From: a virus
Lineage: Duplodnaviria > Caudoviricetes
Reading direction: 5' to 3' (one strand)
Virus record (IMG/VR): IMGVR_UViG_3300011339_000397
Location: 1-39,369 of that record
DNA length: 39,369 nucleotides
Numbering within the stretch: the stretch's first letter is position 1; every line of letters begins with the position of its first letter. The translations under genes and the position numbers were made by a program. Under the pieces are notes generated by a model. The model did no database searches, was not told the origin of the DNA, and saw only the letters and a list, made by a program, of their open reading frames with translations. This document shows positions 1-9,471 of the stretch, in pieces.

Positions 1-710
1 ATTTTCTTGGCCTTGTTAATGATGTGAATCGTAGGCTCAATGAAGTTGAGTTGACCTCTGCTAACTTTGCTGCAGCCACAGGTTTCTATTCCTCGGCTAA
101 AGACTCCATTAACTCTGCACTACAGTATCTTGGTCAGAACCAGTTTGAGTGGCCCTTTAACCACTTCACAAAAGACCAAACGCTGACTGCAGGTACAGTT
201 CGTTACGCTTATCCTAGTGATGCAAAGACAATAGACTTTGACTCCTTTCGTATTAAGCGTAATAGTACTTTCAACAATACTACCCAGAAGCTCCAGATCA
301 TCGCTTATGAAGATTACCTGGAGAACTATCTGGACGATGAGTATAACACTACGAACACCTCAATCAGAAGTCTTCCCAAGAGAGTCTTCAGGACTCCTAA
401 CCAGCAGTATGGTGTACACCCTGTACCAAACTATGCATATGAGTTGGTGTATGAATACTACAAGAATACTGTTGAGCTAGATAATGCTACAGATGTTCCT
501 GTGTATCCAGAGCAGTTCCGTCCTGTCATTGTAGATGGGGCCATGTATTACGCATATACTTTCCGTGGTAATACTCAAGACGCAACCTTGCATCTACAAA
601 AATTCAATGATGGTATCAAAGATATGCGTAGTCTCTATATCAATCGTTATGAATATATCAGAGATACTCGTATCCTGAGGGGCGCTTCTGTAAATATGCG
701 GGTGGGTTAA
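1..710 (+). CDS. Tail tubular protein A / adaptor (5'-truncated)
   Basis: Frame is open to the window edge (FLGLVNDVNRRLNE...). Resembles T7 gp11/P22 gp4-like adaptors (L..VN.V, P.P...Y...Y.Y) and lies directly before the nozzle gene with a TAATG overlap. Confidence 0.7.
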   Translation, partial: FLGLVNDVNRRLNEVELTSANFAAATGFYSSAKDSINSALQYLGQNQFEWPFNHFTKDQTLTAGTVRYAYPSDAKTIDFDSFRIKRNSTFNNTTQKLQIIAYEDYLENYLDDEYNTTNTSIRSLPKRVFRTPNQQYGVHPVPNYAYELVYEYYKNTVELDNATDVPVYPEQFRPVIVDGAMYYAYTFRGNTQDATLHLQKFNDGIKDMRSLYINRYEYIRDTRILRGASVNMRVG

Positions 711-2683
711 TGCCAACAGCATGGGAAACATTTCCTATTGAAGTTAAGGGTGGACTAGTCACAAACATCTCCCCACTTCAACAAGGTCTTACAGCACCGG
801 GATCAGCCAGACGTTTGACTAACTTTGAACCTTCTATTGAGGGTGGCTACAAGCGTATCCTAGGCTACACAAAGTTTGATGCTGCCTTTGTTCCACCCTA
901 TGGTGAACCTCTTGTTCAAGGTAGTGGTCAGTCAGGTACAACCCTGCTTATTGCAAACATCTATGACACCCCTGCTGTAGGAGACACACTGACTATCACA
1001 GGTGTGACTGGCACTTACACAGTATCTGCTGTAACCTTTAATAGCTCAGCCAAAACTGCTTCTCTAACACTTAACGCTTCTCTAGCTTCTTCTCCCGCAG
1101 ACAAAGCAGTAGTGACCTTTGGTAACAACTCAACCCTAATCGAAGGTCTTGCATATTTTGGTCAGAGAGCTATTGCTGCTCGTGGGAGTAACCTTTGGTC
1201 TTCTGATGGATCAGGTTGGATCAAGATCAATACCCCGTCCTATGGCACTGTGCTTGTCAATGGTGGAAGCCAAACGGGTTCAACACTTGTAGTTGATGGA
1301 TTGACTGGGACACCACAGCAAGGTGACACCTTCACTGTAGCAGGTATAGAAAAAGTCTATGCTATTACCAGCAGTGTCACTGTGACCTCTGGTGGTGCAA
1401 CTTTTGCTATCTCTCCTGCACTAGCTTCCTCACCAGCAGACAATGCAGCTATTACGTTCCGTAGCTCTGGCCGTCCAGATAGCTCGAAGATGAGGTTTGA
1501 GCGTTATAACTTCTCAGGTACTCCCACTCTTGTTGGTGTGGATGGTGCTAATCGCCCGTTTAAGTATTCTGGTTCTACCTTCTCTGTAATCACTAGCGCA
1601 CCCTCGGACGTTCTTGGTGCTAGCCATGTGACTCAGTTTAAGAATCACCTGTTCTTTGCTAATGGAACAAACTTAACCTTTACTTCACCCTACACAGATA
1701 CAGACTTTTCTGCTGCCAATGGTGCAGGTTCAATCAACCTAGCTCATGTAGTTACAGGTATGATTGTTTTCCGTGAACAACTTATTATCTTTAGTACAGA
1801 TCAGATACACAGGATCGTTGGTAACACTATCTCTGACTTCCAGTTGCAGCCTATCTCTACTGATATTGGTTGTGTGAGAACAGATACGATCCAAGAAGTC
1901 GGTGGTGATATTGCTTTCCTTGGGCCTGATGGTGTTAGACTTCTCAGTGCAACCGATAAGATTGGTGACTTTGGTTTTGCTGTTGCATCTCGTCCAATTC
2001 AGTCTGAAGTAAATTCTCTTGTGTCCTCGAATACCAGCTTTACTTCTTGTGTAATTCGTGGTAAAAACCAATATAGACTTTTTGGGTACGCATCAAGTAA
2101 GACCACAGAAACCGCTGCAGGTGTTTTGGCTACACAGTTTGTAGACCAGACAGTGCAGGGAATGGCTTGGGCAGAAGTAAATGGTATTCTTGCTTATGTA
2201 GCAGACAGCGTTTATTCTAGTGCAGGCTCCTCTGAGACGATCATCTTTGCTAATAGAGATGGGTTTGTATATCGTATGGAGTCTGGCAATAGTTTCAATG
2301 GTGCCGCCATAGCTGCTCAGTACTTTACTCCACATCTTCCCCTAAGTGACCCTAGAGTGCGAAAGACTTTGTATAAGCTTACCACTTATGTTAATCCAGA
2401 GGGTTCTATCTCTGGCTCAGTTAGCCCAGTGTTAAACTTTAACCAAGCTGATGTAATTCAACCACCAACGATAGTCTTACAGAATACTACAGACAGCCCT
2501 TTCTTCTATGGTGCTGCTATCTATGGTACTGCAAAGTATGGCGGTACATTAACATATTCTTTTACTTCGCAGATGGTTGGCTCTGGTTTTACTATAAGTC
2601 TTCAGTATAGTTTCTCTAGCGTAACACCCCCTTTCTCTTTGGATGCTATCACCATAGAGTACCTCAACAACGACAGGCAGTAA
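710..2683 (+). CDS. Tail tubular protein B / nozzle (P22 gp10-like, beta-propeller)
   Basis: 657 aa, beta-rich, with motifs GGL...(N-term), FKNHLFFA, FREQLIIF and IGC...TIQEVGGDIAFLGPDGVR typical of podovirus nozzle proteins; consistent position. Confidence 0.75.
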   Translation: MPTAWETFPIEVKGGLVTNISPLQQGLTAPGSARRLTNFEPSIEGGYKRILGYTKFDAAFVPPYGEPLVQGSGQSGTTLLIANIYDTPAVGDTLTITGVTGTYTVSAVTFNSSAKTASLTLNASLASSPADKAVVTFGNNSTLIEGLAYFGQRAIAARGSNLWSSDGSGWIKINTPSYGTVLVNGGSQTGSTLVVDGLTGTPQQGDTFTVAGIEKVYAITSSVTVTSGGATFAISPALASSPADNAAITFRSSGRPDSSKMRFERYNFSGTPTLVGVDGANRPFKYSGSTFSVITSAPSDVLGASHVTQFKNHLFFANGTNLTFTSPYTDTDFSAANGAGSINLAHVVTGMIVFREQLIIFSTDQIHRIVGNTISDFQLQPISTDIGCVRTDTIQEVGGDIAFLGPDGVRLLSATDKIGDFGFAVASRPIQSEVNSLVSSNTSFTSCVIRGKNQYRLFGYASSKTTETAAGVLATQFVDQTVQGMAWAEVNGILAYVADSVYSSAGSSETIIFANRDGFVYRMESGNSFNGAAIAAQYFTPHLPLSDPRVRKTLYKLTTYVNPEGSISGSVSPVLNFNQADVIQPPTIVLQNTTDSPFFYGAAIYGTAKYGGTLTYSFTSQMVGSGFTISLQYSFSSVTPPFSLDAITIEYLNNDRQ

Positions 2684-2684
2684 A

Positions 2685-5339
2685 ATGGCAACAGGTTATA
2701 CTCGTAACGATACCGCAAACAACATTGCCAATGGCAACACAATCAATGCTTCAGACCTCGACGGGGAGTTTGACGCAATCCAGAGTGCTATGGATGCAAC
2801 CACAGGCCACACTCATGATGGTACTACTGGTGGTGGTGCACCTATTACTTCTATTGGCCCTGTTCAGGATGTTGTTATTACTACCTCAGCCTTGCGCCCT
2901 AAGACTGACAACACTGTTGACCTAGGTACAAGCACCCTTGAGTTCAAGGATTTGTATGTTGATGGTACTGCTAACATTGACACTCTACAAGTAGATGAAT
3001 CAGCTACCATTACTGCTAATCTTACCGTAAACGGTAACACTACCCTTGGGAATGCTGCAACTGATACTGTCACTGTGAATGCTGATATTGCATCTAACCT
3101 GATCCCATCCGCAGATAACACACATGATCTTGGGTCTGCTACTGATGAGTGGCGCAATATCTATGTTGATGGTACTGCTCAAGTTGACACCCTACAAGTT
3201 GACGAGTCAGCTACCATTACAGCTAATCTTACTGTAAACGGTAATACTGTATTAGGTGATGCGGATACAGATACTGTTACTGTGAATGCTGACTTTGCAT
3301 CTAGCTTAATTCCTGATGCAGATAATACCTATGACCTTGGTATCTCTACCAATGAATGGCGTAACCTGTATATTGATGGTACTGCTCAGGTAGATACCTT
3401 GCAGGTAGATGAGTCAGCCACCATTGCAGCTAACCTAACTGTGACGGGCAATGCTACCATTACGACTAACCTGACAGTTAATGGTAACACCACTCTCGGT
3501 AACGCAGATACGGATACTGTAACTGTCACTGCAGACGTAGCCTCAAACTTGATCCCTTCCGCAGACAACACCTATGACTTGGGTGCTACTGGCAGTGAAT
3601 GGAAAGACCTATATATCACTGGGACTGCCAATATTGACTCTCTGGTTGCAGATACGGCTGCTATCAGTGCGGGTACTGCTACCCTGAGTGCTGCTACAAT
3701 CATTACCTCTAATGGTGGTAATCTTACCTTACAGAGAAATGATACTGCAATCCTTACAGGAGAAACTCTTGGTGCAGTGGACTTTCAAGCACCTAACGTA
3801 TCTGGTGGTGGTGACGCTATTCTAGTTGCTGCTAGTATTAAAGCTGTAGCAAAGGACACTTTTAGCTCTACTATAAATAAGACCTCTTTGATCTTTCAGA
3901 CTGCTGCTGACGGGGATGTTGTTACCCGTATGGAAATTACTGGTGATGGTAATGTTCTTCCTAATACAGACAATGCGTATGATCTTGGCTCTAATACCAG
4001 AGAGTGGAAAGACCTATGGATTACGGGTACTGCAAACATTGACTCCCTAGTTGCTGACACTGCTGATATTAACGGTGGCACTATTGATGAAACAACCATT
4101 GGTGCAACTACGCCCGCTGCTGGTACATTCACCTCAGTCACTGCACCAAGTGTAACTATCACTGGTGGCTCTATCACGGGGATTACTGACCTAGCTGTAG
4201 CTGATGGTGGTACTGGGGCATCTAATGCGTCTGGTGCAAGAACTAACCTTGGTCTTGGAACTATCGCAACTCAAGATGCTAGCAACGTAACTATCACAGG
4301 TGGTTCCATTAGTGGTATTACTGATCTAGCTGTAGCTGATGGTGGTACTGGTGCGTCTACATTAACTGGCTATGTTAAAGGTAGTGGGACTTCTGCTCTT
4401 ACCGCATCTGCAACTATCCCAAATACTGATATTACTGGCCTTGGTACAATGTCAACTCAGGCAGCTAGTGCTGTTGCTATCACTGGTGGGTCTATCAATG
4501 GTACAACCATTGGTGCTACAACTACATCCACTATTGCAGGCACTACAGGTAACTTCTCTGGGAACGTGCTTATTGGTACTACAAATACGGCTCCTGCCCA
4601 AGGCCCAGTTAGCGGTCTTGCGTTCCTTTCTACAGGGCAAATGAATATTAACGTAGATGCCACATTTCATCGTATGGGGCGTACTCAAGATGGAACTCTC
4701 CTGACATTCTACTCAGCAGGTGTTGCTCAGGGGAGCATTTCTATTGCGGGTGCTACAACTACATTAAACCCATTCCTTGGTTCTCACTGGGCGGCACTCT
4801 CTGATTGGGGACGCCCCGATATTAAGATTGGAACTATAATGGAAACCATAAATGAGTTGGTTGATTGGAAGTATGTTACCCTAGAAGTAAATGAAGAACA
4901 GAAAAAAGTAGTCTATAATGGTACAGCTGTGGTTGGAGATATTGTAACTGTTGAGTTTGAGGGACATCTTTATGATGGGGTTGTAGAGCAAGAAGTAGAA
5001 CTGTTGCTTAATAAGCACGTAAAGGTAAAGGTCAGTGATACGCCTGAGTCAAAAGCAGTTTATGGTGTCTTCCTAACTTGGAACGCTGATACTGATCTTG
5101 ATGGTGGTATTTGGAATGACATGAACGTGGCAGCGGTTGGTAACTATGTTGTCCGCATGGCCTATGGCCAGACACCAGAGATTGGTGATTTGGTTATGTC
5201 AGACGGGACTGGCTGCGGAGTTGTTCAAGATGATGATATTATTCGTACAAAAACTGTAGCAAAAGTTACCAGTAATATACCACAGGTAGTTTATGAGGAT
5301 GGTTCTTTCCTTGTGACTTGCGTTCTTTACTGTGGCTAA
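2685..5339 (+). CDS. Tail fibre protein with internal repeats
   Basis: 884 aa, T/G/D/A-rich; N-terminal head-binding-type segment (YTR...I.AS.L..EF.AI...GH.HDG); repeated DNTYDLG...EW..LY and GGTGAS motifs. Confidence 0.85.
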   Translation: MATGYTRNDTANNIANGNTINASDLDGEFDAIQSAMDATTGHTHDGTTGGGAPITSIGPVQDVVITTSALRPKTDNTVDLGTSTLEFKDLYVDGTANIDTLQVDESATITANLTVNGNTTLGNAATDTVTVNADIASNLIPSADNTHDLGSATDEWRNIYVDGTAQVDTLQVDESATITANLTVNGNTVLGDADTDTVTVNADFASSLIPDADNTYDLGISTNEWRNLYIDGTAQVDTLQVDESATIAANLTVTGNATITTNLTVNGNTTLGNADTDTVTVTADVASNLIPSADNTYDLGATGSEWKDLYITGTANIDSLVADTAAISAGTATLSAATIITSNGGNLTLQRNDTAILTGETLGAVDFQAPNVSGGGDAILVAASIKAVAKDTFSSTINKTSLIFQTAADGDVVTRMEITGDGNVLPNTDNAYDLGSNTREWKDLWITGTANIDSLVADTADINGGTIDETTIGATTPAAGTFTSVTAPSVTITGGSITGITDLAVADGGTGASNASGARTNLGLGTIATQDASNVTITGGSISGITDLAVADGGTGASTLTGYVKGSGTSALTASATIPNTDITGLGTMSTQAASAVAITGGSINGTTIGATTTSTIAGTTGNFSGNVLIGTTNTAPAQGPVSGLAFLSTGQMNINVDATFHRMGRTQDGTLLTFYSAGVAQGSISIAGATTTLNPFLGSHWAALSDWGRPDIKIGTIMETINELVDWKYVTLEVNEEQKKVVYNGTAVVGDIVTVEFEGHLYDGVVEQEVELLLNKHVKVKVSDTPESKAVYGVFLTWNADTDLDGGIWNDMNVAAVGNYVVRMAYGQTPEIGDLVMSDGTGCGVVQDDDIIRTKTVAKVTSNIPQVVYEDGSFLVTCVLYCG
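2907..3660 (+). repeat. 207-nt (69-aa) tandem repeats in the tail fibre gene
   Basis: Units start at 2907, 3114, 3321 and 3564 (third unit has a 36-nt insertion; fourth is partial). A further partial copy is at ~3969-4065. Confidence 0.9.
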
Positions 5340-5347
5340 TAAAACAC

Positions 5348-5376
5348 TTGCAGTCAAACCTATTTTAGTGTAAGAT
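5348..5376 (+). promoter_or_regulatory. Sigma70-like promoter for the ejection-protein genes
   Basis: TTGCAG-N17-TAAGAT in the short intergenic gap, followed by a GGAG RBS and GTG at 5401. Confidence 0.6.
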
Positions 5377-5400
5377 ATAACAAACGTCTGGAGACATAGA

Positions 5401-7182
5401 GTGGACTTCAATCCCAAACAGCAGCATAACTTGCTCACACAGATGGGCTATGATGGGCCAACAGACCCTAAGATGATGGAAGCTTTTCTGTCGTCTAACC
5501 CCGGTGCAGCAGCACGTATGGGTAAGTTCTCTCGTGTCCTAAAGAAACGTGCGGGTATGGCTGAGGGTGGTCTATCTGCAGGTGAGGAGCTATCTCAAGC
5601 AGTTATCCGTGATCCGGGAAGTCTTGTTGAGGAAGCTGATATAGCTAAGATTCAAGTTACCCCCGGTACCCTGATTGATCGTGATGCAGGTCAGGTTAGG
5701 GCTGCACCTGTAGTTGACACAGCAACAGTAGCTAATGCCGAAGATGCTAGAGCGCCTAGGGCTATTGATGCTGCAACAGTTAAAGCAGACACTGTTACTG
5801 ATGATGTTCGTAAAGAGACAAATAAACTTGAAGCTGCTCAGGGTAATGTGTCTAAACAATCACAAGTCCGTGCTGCACAGCAAAAAGATAGTTCTCTAGA
5901 GGGAATGCAGGCTGCTACAGGTAAGGGTATCCTTATGGATAACCCAGTGCAGCGTCAGGTAGAAGAAGGGGAGATGATCTCTGGCTCTACTGTAGATGCG
6001 GCTAAGGTCAATAAACTAGCTGAAAGCATTCAGGCAGCAGAAGCTACTCCTACTAAGCAGGCTACCGTACAGGGTCAGCTTGAAGGGTTGATGCAACAGT
6101 TCGAGGGTGGCAATACACCAGCTTGGGCTGCAGGGGCTATGAGGGCTGCTAATGCTGCTCTGGCTTCTCGTGGTCTTGGTGCATCATCTATGGCTGGACA
6201 GGCTGTTATTCAGGCTGCTATGGAGTCTGCGCTACCTATTGCTCAGGTAGATGCTAGCACCTTTGCACAGTTCGAGGGACAGAACCTATCGAACAGACAG
6301 CAGACTGCACTCTTTGCTGCTCAACAACGTGCTACATTCCTTGGTCAAGAGTTTGATCAGAACTTCCAGACTCGTGTTATGAATGCCGCTAAGGTTTCAG
6401 ACATTGCTAATATGAACTTCACCGCAGAACAAAACATTGCGATGGAGAACAGTCGTATTGTCAACACGGTGAACTTGGAGAATCTGAACAACCGTCAAGC
6501 TATGACTATGGCACAGGCTGCTGCCCTTGCTAACCTAGACATGGCTAACCTAAGCAATCGCCAACAGGCTGCTGTTCAGAATGCACAGGCGTTCCTGCAG
6601 ATGGATATGGCTAACCTTGACAACAACCAACAAGCGACCATGTTCCGTGCGCAGTCTAATGTTCAGGCGTTGTTCACAGACCAAGCGGCAAGGAATGCTG
6701 CAAGACAGTTTAATGCTTCGAGTGAGAACCAGACTAACCAATTCTTTGCAGACCTCTCTAGCCGTGTGAGTATGTTTAACGCTGAGCAGGGTAATGCTAT
6801 GAAGCAGTTCAATGCTGGTGAGACTAACACCAACAGAAGGTTTAATGCTCAGCTAAGAACACAACGTGATCAGTTCAATGCTAATAACTCTCTGGTGATT
6901 GCACAGGCTAATGCCCAGTGGAGACAGAACGTAGCCACGATAAACACTGCTGCACAGAATACTGCTAACCTAGAAGCAGCCAGAGCGCGTAATGGTCTGA
7001 CTACCCAAGCACTGGATAACATCTGGCAAACAGAACGTGACCTTATGTCATTTGCTTTTCAATCCTACGAGTCTGCACAAGACAGAGCTACAGAGCTTTT
7101 CCTTGCAGATAAGAATAGAAAGGCAGAAGACCAGCAAGCTCTTGGGAATTTGTTTGCGATGGCGATTGGTGGATACTTCTAA
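5401..7182 (+). CDS. Internal virion (ejection) protein, Q/N/A-rich coiled coil
   Basis: 593 aa with QFNA/NLSNRQQ repeats and a Gly/Ala hydrophobic segment; located after the fibre gene. Confidence 0.65.
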   Translation: MDFNPKQQHNLLTQMGYDGPTDPKMMEAFLSSNPGAAARMGKFSRVLKKRAGMAEGGLSAGEELSQAVIRDPGSLVEEADIAKIQVTPGTLIDRDAGQVRAAPVVDTATVANAEDARAPRAIDAATVKADTVTDDVRKETNKLEAAQGNVSKQSQVRAAQQKDSSLEGMQAATGKGILMDNPVQRQVEEGEMISGSTVDAAKVNKLAESIQAAEATPTKQATVQGQLEGLMQQFEGGNTPAWAAGAMRAANAALASRGLGASSMAGQAVIQAAMESALPIAQVDASTFAQFEGQNLSNRQQTALFAAQQRATFLGQEFDQNFQTRVMNAAKVSDIANMNFTAEQNIAMENSRIVNTVNLENLNNRQAMTMAQAAALANLDMANLSNRQQAAVQNAQAFLQMDMANLDNNQQATMFRAQSNVQALFTDQAARNAARQFNASSENQTNQFFADLSSRVSMFNAEQGNAMKQFNAGETNTNRRFNAQLRTQRDQFNANNSLVIAQANAQWRQNVATINTAAQNTANLEAARARNGLTTQALDNIWQTERDLMSFAFQSYESAQDRATELFLADKNRKAEDQQALGNLFAMAIGGYF

Positions 7183-7205
7183 GCCTTAGAATATAGGAAA
7201 TAACA

Positions 7206-7889
7206 ATGGACTACAATAAAGGCTACATGACAGCCTCTTCTCTTGCAAACAGGATTAGAGAAGCAGCTTCTTCTGGGAACAAGGTAGAGGTGGGGGGTCT
7301 TGCCTCTCGTCTGGCTAAGTCAAAACAAAGTGCTGAAAGCTCTGATGATGTAGTACCAAAGTATATGAGCTTTGTGAAAGAACTCTTTGAACCTGTTGCA
7401 GCCCAGAGACAACAGATGCCAACCACTCCTGCAGGATCGCCTGTGGGTGCCGTTAATACTTCAGGTTCGCTTACAAGCTCTATCTCCGCTGACGTTAGTG
7501 ACAAGGGTATCAGACGTATTCTTGCGGCACTCAAGAGCAAAGAGTCTAGTGGGGATTACAATGCTAAGAACCCTAAGAGTTCTGCTTCTGGTGGGTATCA
7601 GTTTATTGATAGTACTTGGCAAAGCCTGTCGAAGAAGTATGGTGTAGGTACAGAATATAAAACTGCCAAGTCTGCACCAACTGAAGTACAGGATGCTGTA
7701 GCTGCAATGTACGTTCAAGATATCCTTGCTGAAAACAACAACGATGTTACAAAAGTTCCTGTTGTTTGGTACACAGGTAACTCTGCTGGTAAGATGAGTG
7801 AAAAAGCTTTGACTGCTAATAACGGCCTCACGGCTGATAGGTATCAGGCTGACTATATGCGTAGATACAATGCAATGTCTGGAGAATAA
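7206..7889 (+). CDS. Virion-associated lytic transglycosylase (lysozyme-like fold)
   Basis: Motifs KESSGDYNA (catalytic E-S), SASGGYQFIDSTW and AP.EVQD.VA in the C-terminal half. Confidence 0.8.
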   Translation: MDYNKGYMTASSLANRIREAASSGNKVEVGGLASRLAKSKQSAESSDDVVPKYMSFVKELFEPVAAQRQQMPTTPAGSPVGAVNTSGSLTSSISADVSDKGIRRILAALKSKESSGDYNAKNPKSSASGGYQFIDSTWQSLSKKYGVGTEYKTAKSAPTEVQDAVAAMYVQDILAENNNDVTKVPVVWYTGNSAGKMSEKALTANNGLTADRYQADYMRRYNAMSGE

Positions 7890-7891
7890 GA

Positions 7892-8395
7892 ATGGATATG
7901 TTTAATGCCCCTATCCCCGGACAGTCACTGACTACGGAACCTAAAGGGTATCCTTGGGAGCGGCCTCCAGAGATTGTTGATCCAGAAGAAGCTATCCAGT
8001 TCCACCTTGCACGTCTTTCTGAACCAGCCACGCTTGATGCTGTTCTTGATATGATTGAGATACATGAACTAGATGTAAAGACTATTACTTCTGGCATCCT
8101 GCGTGGTGCAGTGGCTGGTGGTATGCACACTATTGATGTTGCCCTACTGGTTGCACCTGTTGTACATGAATTTATTAAGCAGGGTGCTGTCGCCTTTGGT
8201 CTTACTCCTGAGGATGGCTTTGAAGATAAAGAAGAAAAAGCTGAGTATAAGAAGGCTAGGACTACTAGTCTTGCTAAGAAGATGCTTAAAGAAATATCAC
8301 CCACAGTAGCTGTTGAAGAACTAAAAGAAGCACCACCAGTGGAACAAGTTGCTACAGAAAAGCCTAATGGTTTGATGTCAAGAGGAGATAGATAA
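7892..8395 (+). CDS. Conserved virion-module protein
   Basis: 167 aa; F.APIPGQSLT.EP...PWE.PP N-terminus; GGAG RBS; tightly coupled to neighbours. Confidence 0.6.
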   Translation: MDMFNAPIPGQSLTTEPKGYPWERPPEIVDPEEAIQFHLARLSEPATLDAVLDMIEIHELDVKTITSGILRGAVAGGMHTIDVALLVAPVVHEFIKQGAVAFGLTPEDGFEDKEEKAEYKKARTTSLAKKMLKEISPTVAVEELKEAPPVEQVATEKPNGLMSRGDR

Positions 8396-9471
8396 TGAGT
8401 TTTTGGGCTGGTGTAAGCGAGGGCTTGACTTATGTGCTTGATAAGAAAGCAGAGAAAGAGTCTAAAGAACAAGATCGTGCTTTCCTAAAGGAGACACGGG
8501 ACGAAGAGCGTAGGTATACAGAGAGCCAGAACGGTATCAACTATCTTAGAGAACGTACCTTAGCTACTCTTCCTCTGATGGCAGAAAAGAGAGAGCAGGA
8601 TAGGGCTATTGCTGCTCAACAAGCACAAATTAGTAGTTACTTTACAGGTCGTATCAAAGACCTTCCAGAAGAAGCCCAAGACGGCTTTCTTAACTTAACT
8701 CTCCAAGACCCTGCGTATTCCACCGCATTAGTGGAAACTATAAAAGACACAGAAACAAAACTTGGTCGTGCCTTGACAGGTAACGATATCGTAAAGCTTA
8801 CTAACATCTTTGAAGTAACAAAACCAGATGACGTTAGTGTTGAAGATTGGATGAAGCAAGCTGCGAGTATGACTACAACTTCTGGCTCAAGTATCGACTT
8901 TGATGAGACTTACACAAGACTGCTTTCGGGAGATGTGACTCTTGAGGAAGTGAATGATATCACGATGGATTTGATGGAGGGTACAAGTACCAGCCTAGGT
9001 ATTGTCCCAGACTTTGCAACCTTTGAGCTTCTTGGCATTGAGCCTGAAACGCAGAAGTCCTTGATGGCTCTTGCAAAGGAAAAGATCAGTAACCGATTTG
9101 CGGAAGACCTAAATATTGTACAAGAAGAGATAGAAGCTATTAGGAAGGAAGGAGGGAAACTTGACCCTGAAGGGGAATTGGCTACGAAATTTGAAACATT
9201 AAGTCGTATCGAAAATGAGACTAACTCAGATAGACAAGACTCAATGCTGATGCGGTATTATGCACCTACTGTACTTCCTCAGTTAGCTGCAGACGATGCT
9301 CGTTATACTAAGGTGTATCCAGAGTTCTTTCAATCTTCAGCAGATAATAGACCCCCACCAGTAACTCAACCTGAAAAAGTGTATGAAATTCTAGGTGATG
9401 AAGACTTTAATAAACTTCCGTCTGGTGCAAAATTTAAAGGCCCAGATGGTATAGTTCGGAGGAAACCTTAA
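8395..9471 (+). CDS. Putative internal virion protein
   Basis: 358 aa; SFWAG...G N-terminus and LPSGAKFKGPDG..R.KP C-terminus; coupled by TAATG overlaps. Confidence 0.6.
   Translation: MSFWAGVSEGLTYVLDKKAEKESKEQDRAFLKETRDEERRYTESQNGINYLRERTLATLPLMAEKREQDRAIAAQQAQISSYFTGRIKDLPEEAQDGFLNLTLQDPAYSTALVETIKDTETKLGRALTGNDIVKLTNIFEVTKPDDVSVEDWMKQAASMTTTSGSSIDFDETYTRLLSGDVTLEEVNDITMDLMEGTSTSLGIVPDFATFELLGIEPETQKSLMALAKEKISNRFAEDLNIVQEEIEAIRKEGGKLDPEGELATKFETLSRIENETNSDRQDSMLMRYYAPTVLPQLAADDARYTKVYPEFFQSSADNRPPPVTQPEKVYEILGDEDFNKLPSGAKFKGPDGIVRRKP

Noticed and set aside
2907-5339. Diversity-generating retroelement acting on the tail fibre
   Set aside because: No reverse transcriptase in the window; differences between repeats are mostly third-position and not adenine-specific.
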